IMG/VR virus record: IMGVR_UViG_3300043446_003177
Coordinates: 96,001 to 160,000 of that record
Direction: 5' to 3' (one strand)
Source of the DNA: a virus
DNA: 64,000 bases
The stretch's first letter is position 1. Each line of letters opens with the position of its first letter. Below, piece after piece: positions 55,850 through 63,949 of the stretch. Under the pieces are notes generated by a model. That model did no database searches, was not told the DNA's origin, and saw nothing but the letters and a program-made list of their open reading frames with translations. The translations under genes were made by a program, and so were the position numbers.

Positions 55850-56286
55850 CTAACCAAACAATTGAACCTCAAGTAAACTGGTCCCCTGATATGATGGTGG
55901 AGGTTATTCTTAATGAACCAGATGACTTTTTAAAAGTCCGTGAAACTTTGACTCGTATCGGAGTAGCATCGAGAAAGGAGAAAAAATTATACCAATCTTG
56001 CCACATTCTTCATAAGCAGGGTAGGTATTATATTACTCACTTTAAGGAACTGTTTGCCCTGGATGGTAAACATGCTAACCTGACTGTAAATGACGTTCAG
56101 CGTCGCAATCGTATTGCCCAACTTCTTGCTGATTGGGGTCTTATTACAATTGTTGAACTGAAAAAAATTCAAGATATCGCACCACTTAACCAAATCAAAG
56201 TTCTTTCTTATAAGGAAAAGAATGAATGGGTTTTAGAAACTAAGTATAATATTGGTTCTAAAAAGAAAAAAGAAGAGGAAGTTTGA
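55846..56286 (+). CDS. regA: Translational repressor RegA
   Basis: PDDFLKVRETLTRIGVAS, LYQSCHILHKQGRYYITHFKELF, LLADWGL. Confidence 0.97.
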   Translation: MTNQTIEPQVNWSPDMMVEVILNEPDDFLKVRETLTRIGVASRKEKKLYQSCHILHKQGRYYITHFKELFALDGKHANLTVNDVQRRNRIAQLLADWGLITIVELKKIQDIAPLNQIKVLSYKEKNEWVLETKYNIGSKKKKEEEV

Positions 56287-56373
56287 TAAATAAGTATGAG
56301 ACCTTTCGTGCGGTCTCTACGAAAGTCGGAACACCCTAAAAAGAGGTTCGGTTTTTACCGCTCCTCTTTTTTT
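56285..56373 (+). ncRNA. Candidate short late structured RNA (late promoter, hairpin, terminator)
   Basis: GATAAATA 56285-56292; GAGACC/GGTCTC hairpin; terminator GAGG-tt-CGGT-tttt-ACCG-ct-CCTC-T7; no credible ORF. Confidence 0.45.
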
Positions 56374-56395
56374 CGTTTCTTGTATAATTAATAAT

Positions 56396-56451
56396 GGATG
56401 CCGTAAGGGTCCACACAACACAAACTCGCTTAAAAAGGAGCTACTATAATG
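56396..56451 (+). promoter_or_regulatory. hsp20 5' leader with ROSE-like RNA thermometer
   Basis: TATAAT at 56383-56388; GNRA hairpin 56396-56412; CTCGCTT pairs with the SD AAGGAG leaving a bulged G. Confidence 0.6.
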
Positions 56452-56883
56452 ACTAACCTTTCGCGCTATACGACTGCAGATCTTCCTACTCTGCTCGATA
56501 AGATCACTCGCAATAGTATTGGAATGGATGAATACTTTGACCGTCTTTTCCATCTACACGAAACCACTACGAATTATCCACCATATAATCTTGTCCAAGT
56601 CAGTAATGTGGAATCACGACTTGAACTTGCTCTTGCTGGATTTAAGAAGAAGGAGGTTTATGTCTACACGCAAGATGGTAAACTCTTTGTCGAAGGTCAA
56701 AAAGAAGATAAAGAAACGGAGTCCAACTATGTCCACAAAGGTTTGGCTCAACGGAGTTTTAAGAGAGCGTGGACACTCTCTGATGATACGGAAGTACGAT
56801 CAGTTGATTTTGAGGATGGGCTTTTAACTATTACTCTTGGTAGGATTGTGCCGGAACATCACAAACGAAAAGACTATCTATAA
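56449..56883 (+). CDS. hsp20: Small heat-shock protein Hsp20
   Basis: NYPPYNLV, LELALAGF, YVHKGLAQRSF, FEDGLLTITL. Confidence 0.96.
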   Translation: MTNLSRYTTADLPTLLDKITRNSIGMDEYFDRLFHLHETTTNYPPYNLVQVSNVESRLELALAGFKKKEVYVYTQDGKLFVEGQKEDKETESNYVHKGLAQRSFKRAWTLSDDTEVRSVDFEDGLLTITLGRIVPEHHKRKDYL

Positions 56884-56886
56884 ATA
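56879..56886 (+). promoter_or_regulatory. Late promoter TATAAATA
   Basis: Exact consensus 11 nt upstream of ATG 56898. Confidence 0.75.
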
Positions 56887-56897
56887 AAAATAAAAAA

Positions 56898-57053
56898 ATG
56901 AAAACGTTTCGGGAATTTATTTCTATAATAAATGAAATGAAAGGTGATTTTGGTTCGGATGTAAAACCACCAAAACCAAAATGTTATGGTAAAACTACAA
57001 CATATGCTATGCTTCCCGGAAAACGTGTTTGTAAATTTAAACGTAAAAGATAA
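56898..57053 (+). CDS. 51-aa putative internal head protein with capsid-targeting sequence
   Basis: Not in the ORF track. MKTFREFISIINEMKGDFGSDVKPPKPKCYGKTTTYAMLPGKRVCKFKRKR. Confidence 0.72.
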   Translation: MKTFREFISIINEMKGDFGSDVKPPKPKCYGKTTTYAMLPGKRVCKFKRKR

Positions 57054-57076
57054 ATATTATTGAATATCGTCGGCGC

Positions 57077-57118
57077 GAGGAGCACCTGGCAAAATCCAGG
57101 TTGACTCCTCCTTTTTTT
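57077..57118 (+). terminator. Long hairpin plus T-run (terminator, possibly the 3' end of a small RNA)
   Basis: GAGGAG-c-ACCTGG-caaaat-CCAGGT-tga-CTCCTC-c-T7. Confidence 0.7.
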
Positions 57119-57129
57119 CTTGCTATACT
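57101..57129 (+). promoter_or_regulatory. Sigma70-type promoter for the DNA polymerase operon
   Basis: TTGACT-N17-TATACT followed by AAGGAGG RBS. Confidence 0.8.
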
Positions 57130-57150
57130 ACAAGGAGGTATCTAAGTAAA

Positions 57151-57546
57151 ATGACTACGAAATTAGTAATACTAAAGACGGGTGAAAATATTATTACCCA
57201 GATTAGAGAAATGGTTATCGGTGGAGAATCTCCAGAATCCGAAGAGAATAAGAGAGTTGTTGGGTATATTTTTAATAAAGCCTGTGGTATTCGTATTAAA
57301 AGTACTAAACCATCTGATGTTAAAGGTAAAACATCTTTGGACGTTGAATTGTATCCTTGGATTCCTTTGACTAAAACGGAAAACATTCCTGTTAATCTTG
57401 ACTGGGTTCTTACTATTGTTGATCCAGTAGACAGTTTACTTAAAATGTACGAAAAGGATGTATTGAAAAATGGAAAAAACGAAGAAACTGAAGAACGTCC
57501 AGATGTTGATTTTACTGAATCAGACAGTTCTGATCAGTCAAATTGA
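57151..57546 (+). CDS. Conserved cyanophage hypothetical protein, possible Sm-like fold
   Basis: LVILKTGENIITQIRE...LYPWIPL...DWVLTIVDP; strong RBS. Confidence 0.75.
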   Translation: MTTKLVILKTGENIITQIREMVIGGESPESEENKRVVGYIFNKACGIRIKSTKPSDVKGKTSLDVELYPWIPLTKTENIPVNLDWVLTIVDPVDSLLKMYEKDVLKNGKNEETEERPDVDFTESDSSDQSN

Positions 57547-57757
57547 AGAATGTGGATCTGAACTGGGAGAACCTGACTGTAGGTTAATTGAACCATTTAT
57601 TGTAAAAAGCGGAATACTTGAATCTCAAATTGCGCTTGAACCTTGGTTAGTTCATTATACTGACCAAAATACATTTATGATTCATTCGGATAAAATTCTT
57701 ACTATAACTCAACCTAATCCAAAATTATTAAAATCCTACGAGGACATTTTGAACTGA
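57470..57757 (+). CDS. Conserved cyanophage hypothetical protein, paralogue of the upstream gene
   Basis: LISQIEE...DCRLIEPF...LEPWL...MIHSDKILTITQP; TGATG coupling to gp43. Confidence 0.7.
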   Translation: MEKTKKLKNVQMLILLNQTVLISQIEECGSELGEPDCRLIEPFIVKSGILESQIALEPWLVHYTDQNTFMIHSDKILTITQPNPKLLKSYEDILN

Positions 57758-60252
57758 TGAGATTTTATACCAATGTGCAAATGATCGGGAATCAATTTCT
57801 CGTCCGTGGTTATGAAAATGGTAGACATGTAATGTTTAAAGAGGAGTATTCTCCTACTTTATTTGTACCTTCTAAAAAAGAAACAAAATATAAAACTCTA
57901 GAGGGTGAGAGTGTTGAACCTATCAATCCTGGTATGGTTCGTGATTGTAGAGAATTTTATAAGAAGTATGAGAATGTAGATGGATTTAAAATCTATGGAA
58001 ATGATCGATATGTGTCTCAGTACATATCAGATAAGTATCCAGAAGATGAAATTAAATTTGATATTACAAAAATTAAATTAACCACTATCGATATTGAGGT
58101 TGCATCGGAAAATGGATTTCCTGATGTAGAATCTTGTGCTGAAGAAATTCTTACAATTACTATTCAAGATTATGCAACCAAGAAAATAACTACTTGGGGA
58201 GTCAAACCTTTTAAAAACAATAATCCAAATGTAACTTATATTGAATGCTCTGGGGAGCATCATTTGCTTTCAAATTTTATTGATTATTGGGATGCTAATA
58301 TTCCAGAAGTTATTACTGGTTGGAATATTCAATTCTACGATATTCCGTATATTTGCGGGAGACTTGGTAGAATTTTAGGGGAAAAGCAGATGAAAAGATT
58401 TTCTCCATGGGGATTGGTGACTCAAGATGAAATTTTTGTAAATGGTAGAAAGCAAACTGTATATGATGTTGGTGGGATCACCCAGTTAGATTACTTAGAT
58501 CTTTATAAGAAATTTACTTATAAAGCTCAAGAATCTTATCGACTAGATCATATTGCTAATGTTGAACTTGGACAAAAGAAACTAGATCACTCCGAGTTTG
58601 ATACTTTTAAAGACTTCTATACTAAAGGATGGCAGAAGTTTGTAGAATATAACATCGTTGACGTAGAACTTGTTGACCGTCTGGAAGACAAGATGAAACT
58701 GATTGAACTTGCAATCACGATGGCTTATGACGCAAAAGTAAACTATGGAGATATCTTTTATCAGGTTAGGATGTGGGATAATATTATCTACAACTACCTC
58801 AAGAAGAGAAATATTGTTATCCCTCCAAAAGAGAGATCGGTGAAAAATGAAAAGTATGCTGGTGCTTATGTAAAAGAACCAAGACCTGGCGTGTATGATT
58901 GGGTTGTTAATTTTGACCTTAACTCCCTATATCCACACCTTATTATGATGTACAACATTTCTCCAGAAACTCTTTTGGATGAGAGGCATCCATCTGTAAC
59001 TGTAGATAAAATTCTCAACCGAGAAATTAGTTTTGAACTTTATAAGGATTATGCAGTTTGTGCTAACGGCGCAATGTATCGTAAGGATGTTCGTGGATTT
59101 CTCCCGGAACTGATGGAAAAGATCTACAAAGATCGCACCATCTATAAGAAGAAAATGCTTGCAGCGAAGCAAGAGTATGAAAAGACAAAGAATAAAGAAT
59201 TAATTAAAGAAATTGCTCGCTGCAACAACATTCAAATGGCGAGAAAGATTCAACTTAACTCTGCTTATGGTGCTATCGGTAATCAATATTTCCGCTACTA
59301 TAAATTAGCAAATGCTGAGGCAATTACTTTGTCTGGTCAAGTTGCAATCCGTTGGATTGAAGAAAAAATGAATAACTACTTCAATAAAGTTTTTAAAACT
59401 GAGGATGTTGATTATGTTATTGCTTCAGATACTGACTCCATTTATCTTAATATGGGTCCTCTGGTTGAAACTGTATTCAAGGGAAGAGAGAAAACTACTG
59501 AAGGCATTGTTTCGTTCCTTGATAAGGTCTGTCAGGTGGAACTTGAAAAGTATATTGAAAGTTCTTACCAAGAACTGGCTGAGTATGTAAATGCTTATGA
59601 CCAAAAAATGTTCATGAAGCGCGAGAATATTGCTGATCGTGGTATTTGGACTGCTAAAAAACGGTACATTCTTAATGTATGGGATAGTGAGGGTGTTCGT
59701 TATGAGGAACCCAAACTCAAAATCATGGGCATTGAGGCAGTCAAGTCATCTACTCCAGCACCTTGTCGGAAGATGATTAAAGATGGACTTAAATTGATGA
59801 TGAGTGGAACTGAAGATGATGTAATCGACTTTATTGATAAGAGTCGTGAAAAGTTCAAAACTCTTCCACCAGAAGAGATTGCTTTTCCTCGTACAGCTTC
59901 TGATGTTCGTAAATATACAGCATCATCTACAATCTATAGTAAAGGAACACCAATTCATATTCGCGGAGCACTTCTCTTTAATCACCACATTAAAGAGAAA
60001 AAGTTAACCAATAAATATTCTCTCATTGCAAATGGTGAAAAGGTTAAGTTTATCTTTTTAAAGAAACCAAATACAATTCAAGAAAATGTTATTGCATTTA
60101 TTCAAGATTTTCCAAAAGAACTTGGATTAGATAAGTACATTGATTATGATACTCAATTTGAGAAAGCATTTCTAGAACCTTTAAAAATTATTCTAGACTC
60201 TATTGGGTGGTCAGTTGAAAAGAAAATTAGTCTTGAAGATTTTTTCTCATGA
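57757..60252 (+). CDS. gp43: Family B DNA polymerase gp43
   Basis: Exonuclease DIE and GWNIQFYD; polymerase FDLNSLYP, KIQLNSAYG, ASDTDS; uninterrupted. Confidence 0.98.
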   Translation: MRFYTNVQMIGNQFLVRGYENGRHVMFKEEYSPTLFVPSKKETKYKTLEGESVEPINPGMVRDCREFYKKYENVDGFKIYGNDRYVSQYISDKYPEDEIKFDITKIKLTTIDIEVASENGFPDVESCAEEILTITIQDYATKKITTWGVKPFKNNNPNVTYIECSGEHHLLSNFIDYWDANIPEVITGWNIQFYDIPYICGRLGRILGEKQMKRFSPWGLVTQDEIFVNGRKQTVYDVGGITQLDYLDLYKKFTYKAQESYRLDHIANVELGQKKLDHSEFDTFKDFYTKGWQKFVEYNIVDVELVDRLEDKMKLIELAITMAYDAKVNYGDIFYQVRMWDNIIYNYLKKRNIVIPPKERSVKNEKYAGAYVKEPRPGVYDWVVNFDLNSLYPHLIMMYNISPETLLDERHPSVTVDKILNREISFELYKDYAVCANGAMYRKDVRGFLPELMEKIYKDRTIYKKKMLAAKQEYEKTKNKELIKEIARCNNIQMARKIQLNSAYGAIGNQYFRYYKLANAEAITLSGQVAIRWIEEKMNNYFNKVFKTEDVDYVIASDTDSIYLNMGPLVETVFKGREKTTEGIVSFLDKVCQVELEKYIESSYQELAEYVNAYDQKMFMKRENIADRGIWTAKKRYILNVWDSEGVRYEEPKLKIMGIEAVKSSTPAPCRKMIKDGLKLMMSGTEDDVIDFIDKSREKFKTLPPEEIAFPRTASDVRKYTASSTIYSKGTPIHIRGALLFNHHIKEKKLTNKYSLIANGEKVKFIFLKKPNTIQENVIAFIQDFPKELGLDKYIDYDTQFEKAFLEPLKIILDSIGWSVEKKISLEDFFS

Positions 60253-60407
60253 AAAATTACACTGTTTTTTGGTATGAGCATTGTGGTGGAAAGATTCACA
60301 AAAGATCTAAAGAATTTGAAGAAGAAAGTAAAGCAACTTGGTTTGCAAACCAAATGAAAAGATGGTATGATTGGGTTACTTGTATAGAGACTAAAGATTT
60401 TAACTAG
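60249..60407 (+). CDS. Small hypothetical protein (52 aa)
   Basis: Not in the ORF track. MKNYTVFWYEHCGGKIHKRSKEFEEESKATWFANQMKRWYDWVTCIETKDFN; ATGA overlap with the gp43 stop. Confidence 0.65.
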   Translation: MKNYTVFWYEHCGGKIHKRSKEFEEESKATWFANQMKRWYDWVTCIETKDFN

Positions 60408-60416
60408 AGGTTATTG

Positions 60417-61418
60417 ATGGATTTTCTTAATGATATTGTAAAAGAAATTGGAGGCGAGTATACACAACTTGCTGCAAATATTGATGAGACTGAAAAGTAT
60501 GTGGACACGGGTTCGTACATTTTTAATGCACTGGTTTCAGGTAGCATATTTGGTGGTGTATCTGGGAATAAGATTACTGCTATTGCTGGAGAGTCTTCTA
60601 CTGGAAAGACTTTCTTTTCTCTCGCTGTGGTTAAGAATTTTCTTGATACTCACTCCGATGGTTATTGTCTCTACTTTGATACTGAAGCCGCTATTACCAA
60701 ATCTCTCTTAGAATCCCGTGGAATTGATACTTCTCGTCTTGTGGTTGTTAATGTTGTTACAATTGAAGAGTTTCGCGGAAAGGCGCTCAAAGCGGTAGAT
60801 CTATATTTAAAAAAACCTGAAGGTGAACGCAAACCTTGTATGTTTGTGTTAGACTCTTTGGGGATGCTCTCAACAGAGAAAGAAATCACTGATGCACTCA
60901 ACGATAAACAAGTTCGTGATATGACCAAATCTCAACTGGTCAAGGGTGCATTCCGAATGCTCACACTTAAACTAGGTCAAGCAAATGTTCCACTCATTGT
61001 CACAAATCATACATACGATGTCATCGGAGCTTATGTACCAACGAAAGAAATGGGGGGAGGTTCTGGACTCAAATACGCAGCAAGTACGATCATTTATCTC
61101 AGCAAAAAGAAAGAAAAGGATGGAACAGAAGTGGTCGGCAATATTATCAAAGCTAAGACTGCTAAATCGCGTTTGAGTAAGGAGAATAAAGATGTTGAAG
61201 TCCGTCTGTATTATGATGAGCGCGGCCTTGATCGTTACTATGGTCTTCTGGAACTTGGTGAGATTGGTGGACTCTGGAAGAATGTAGCAGGACGTTATGA
61301 AATGGATGGTAAGAAAATCTATGCAAAACAGATTCTTGCTAATCCTGAAGAATACTTCACTGAAGAGGTGATGCAAAAATTGGATGAAATTGCTAAGAAA
61401 GAATTTAGTTATGGATGA
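60417..61418 (+). CDS. uvsX: RecA-like recombinase UvsX
   Basis: AGESSTGKT, YFDTE, VLDSLG, MGGGSGLKYAAS. Confidence 0.96.
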   Translation: MDFLNDIVKEIGGEYTQLAANIDETEKYVDTGSYIFNALVSGSIFGGVSGNKITAIAGESSTGKTFFSLAVVKNFLDTHSDGYCLYFDTEAAITKSLLESRGIDTSRLVVVNVVTIEEFRGKALKAVDLYLKKPEGERKPCMFVLDSLGMLSTEKEITDALNDKQVRDMTKSQLVKGAFRMLTLKLGQANVPLIVTNHTYDVIGAYVPTKEMGGGSGLKYAASTIIYLSKKKEKDGTEVVGNIIKAKTAKSRLSKENKDVEVRLYYDERGLDRYYGLLELGEIGGLWKNVAGRYEMDGKKIYAKQILANPEEYFTEEVMQKLDEIAKKEFSYG

Positions 61419-61968
61419 ACTTAATGACTTTATTAAAATCTATGAAAATTCTTTAGAACCAGACATCTGCGATTATCTAGTAACTGTATTTGATCCTTTA
61501 GTTGATTATCAGGAAAGAATTGATAATGATGGTACGCCAAATTTTACCCAAATAAATTTGACTAAACTAGCAAAAGAATCTGATGAACTTAATGAAGTTC
61601 ATGATCATATTATTAAGAAAACTTTTGAGTATAAAAATTTGTATTATGAATACATCGATAAAAGATGTTTTCCTGAAAAACATGCATTTGAACAATTTAG
61701 AATCAAAAGATATTTAAATGATGGTAATGATCTTTTTGATACTCACGTAGATGTTACTGATTATGAAAGTTCTAGAAGATTTTTATCTTTTTTCTGGTAT
61801 TTGAATGATGTTGATGATGGTGGAAAAACTGTATTTAAAGACCTTGAAATTAAACCAGAAAAGGGAAAGTTAGTGGTTTTTCCTCCTCTTTGGTTATTCC
61901 CCCATAGAGGAGAAAAACCAATTAGCGGACCAAAATATTTGTTGAGTACTTACTTGCATTATAAATGA
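61411..61968 (+). CDS. 2OG-Fe(II) oxygenase
   Basis: HVD...YLNDVDDGGKT...VFPPLWLFPHRG...KY; start probably ATG 61411. Confidence 0.9.
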   Translation: MDELNDFIKIYENSLEPDICDYLVTVFDPLVDYQERIDNDGTPNFTQINLTKLAKESDELNEVHDHIIKKTFEYKNLYYEYIDKRCFPEKHAFEQFRIKRYLNDGNDLFDTHVDVTDYESSRRFLSFFWYLNDVDDGGKTVFKDLEIKPEKGKLVVFPPLWLFPHRGEKPISGPKYLLSTYLHYK

Positions 61969-63347
61969 TGGACAAAATTGAATTCTTAGTTCTAAGAAAC
62001 CTTTTATATAATGAAGAGTATACTAGAAAAGTAATACCTTTTATTAAGAATGAATATTTTGAGGATGCTAATCAAAAAGTAGTCTTTGAGGAAATTCTTA
62101 AATTCATTCAAGAGTATAATCAATTAGTTACCAGTGAAGTTCTGTTAATTGAAATTGAAAATAGAAGAGATATCAATGAATCTTCTTTTAAAGAAATTTC
62201 TCATTTGATTTCTTCTTTGGAAAATGTTCCAGTTGAATTTAACTGGTTGGTTTCTACAACTGAAAAATGGTGTCGGGATAGGGCAATTTATCTTGCCTTA
62301 ATGGAATCGATTCATATCACTGATGGAAAAGATTCCAAAAAAGGTAGAGATAGTATTCCATCTATTCTTTCCGATGCTCTTGCTGTTAGTTTTGATACTC
62401 ATATTGGACATGATTATCTAGAGGATTATGAGTTACGTTATGAGTCTTATCACAAAAAGGAGGATAAAATTGAATTTGATCTCGAATACTTTAACAAAAT
62501 CACGAAAGGTGGTCTCCCTAACAAAACTCTTAACATCGCTCTTGCTGGTACGGGTGTCGGGAAATCTCTATTCATGTGCCATGTGGCTAGCTCCGTCTTG
62601 CTCCAGGGACGGAACGTTCTGTACATTACGTTGGAAATGGCAGAAGAACGCATTGCTGAAAGAATTGACGCAAACCTCCTGAATGTTCCCATTCAAGATA
62701 TTGTAGAACTTCCTAAGTCTGTTTTTGAATCAAAAGTCACCAATATCTCAAAGAAAACACAGGGAACTCTTATAATTAAAGAGTATCCCACTGCATCAGC
62801 GCATAGTGGACATTTCAAGGCACTTCTTAATGAACTTGCACTTAAGAAGTCATTTAGACCTGATATTATTTTCATTGATTACCTTAATATTTGTGCTTCC
62901 AGCAGGTATAAAGGAAACAGCAATATCAACTCTTATACTTTCGTCAAAGCTATTGCTGAAGAACTTAGGGGACTCGCAGTCGAGTTTAATGTCCCGATTG
63001 TCTCCGCTACTCAGACCACTCGTTCAGGTTATGGTTCTTCTGATGTTGAACTTACTGATACTAGTGAGTCCTTTGGTCTTCCTGCTACTGCTGATCTTAT
63101 GTTTGCCCTTATTAGCACTGAAGAGTTGGAGGGACTTGGACAGATTCTAGTTAAGCAACTTAAGAATAGGTATAATGATCCTACTATTAATAAGAGGTTT
63201 GTTATTGGAATTGATAGGGCAAAAATGAGACTATATGATGTCGAGCAATCCGCACAACAAGATATACTTGACTCTGGTCAGGGAGAAGAGTATAATGATT
63301 ACGAAGAAAAGAAACCAAAGAAAACATTTGAGGGATTTAAATTCTAA
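61965..63347 (+). CDS. gp41: Replicative helicase gp41
   Basis: AGTGVGKS, ITLEMAE, IFIDYLNI, SATQTTR, SESFGLP, QLKNRY. Confidence 0.97.
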   Translation: MMDKIEFLVLRNLLYNEEYTRKVIPFIKNEYFEDANQKVVFEEILKFIQEYNQLVTSEVLLIEIENRRDINESSFKEISHLISSLENVPVEFNWLVSTTEKWCRDRAIYLALMESIHITDGKDSKKGRDSIPSILSDALAVSFDTHIGHDYLEDYELRYESYHKKEDKIEFDLEYFNKITKGGLPNKTLNIALAGTGVGKSLFMCHVASSVLLQGRNVLYITLEMAEERIAERIDANLLNVPIQDIVELPKSVFESKVTNISKKTQGTLIIKEYPTASAHSGHFKALLNELALKKSFRPDIIFIDYLNICASSRYKGNSNINSYTFVKAIAEELRGLAVEFNVPIVSATQTTRSGYGSSDVELTDTSESFGLPATADLMFALISTEELEGLGQILVKQLKNRYNDPTINKRFVIGIDRAKMRLYDVEQSAQQDILDSGQGEEYNDYEEKKPKKTFEGFKF

Positions 63348-63751
63348 TGACTATTGATCTTAATAAGTATATTGAATTCGTTAATACAACTACTTCTAAT
63401 CCAAGTAAAGACCATGTTTCTTTCATCAACAGTCTTATGGAACTGCGAGAACGAGATTTTCCTGCCGAGCGAATGCTTACTGCTGCTGTAGGAATGTCTG
63501 CTGAGGCAGGTGAGTTTACTGAAATTGTAAAGAAGATTGTATTCCAAGGCAAACCAGTAAACCAAGAAAATCTTTTTCACTTGAAGCGTGAACTTGGAGA
63601 CATTATGTGGTATGTTGCTCAAGCGTGTATTGGACTCGATATTTCACTTGAAGAAGTTATTCAAATGAACTTTGAGAAATTGAGTGCTCGTTATCCTGAA
63701 GGTGCTTTTACTATTGAGCGTTCTGAAAATCGTAAGGAGGGGGATCTGTGA
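63347..63751 (+). CDS. mazG: MazG-like NTP pyrophosphohydrolase
   Basis: AEAGEFTEIVKK, ELGDIMWY, NFEKLSARYP. Confidence 0.93.
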   Translation: MTIDLNKYIEFVNTTTSNPSKDHVSFINSLMELRERDFPAERMLTAAVGMSAEAGEFTEIVKKIVFQGKPVNQENLFHLKRELGDIMWYVAQACIGLDISLEEVIQMNFEKLSARYPEGAFTIERSENRKEGDL

Positions 63752-63933
63752 CTAAAGAAAAAAAAGTAACAATCAAAATGGATGCTCGTGCTGCAGCAGC
63801 AGTTCGTCAAGTTTTGTTTGATTCCCAAAAAGGATATACTTATGATGGGGCAAGTGTTCCTCCTCGTATCTCAGACATTCGTTCTGTAATTCAAGATCTT
63901 GATGATAATATTGGTGCCGTTTTAGGTGTCTGA
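63748..63933 (+). CDS. Small conserved hypothetical protein
   Basis: GTGA overlap with mazG and AAGGAGG RBS. Confidence 0.7.
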   Translation: MTKEKKVTIKMDARAAAAVRQVLFDSQKGYTYDGASVPPRISDIRSVIQDLDDNIGAVLGV

Positions 63934-63949
63934 CCCGAAAGGGTTTTTT
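63933..63949 (+). terminator. Small GAAA-tetraloop hairpin plus T-run
   Basis: ACCC-GAAA-GGGT-TTTTT. Confidence 0.5.

Noticed and set aside
56519-56827. 102-aa +1 frame ORF within hsp20
   Set aside because: Fully nested, no evident RBS or motifs, and explicable by avoidance of NTA codons in the real frame.
27588-63347. Introns or inteins in gp17, gp20, gp23, uvsW, gp46, gp43, uvsX, gp41
   Set aside because: All are uninterrupted and of ordinary length, with no intein splice motifs seen.
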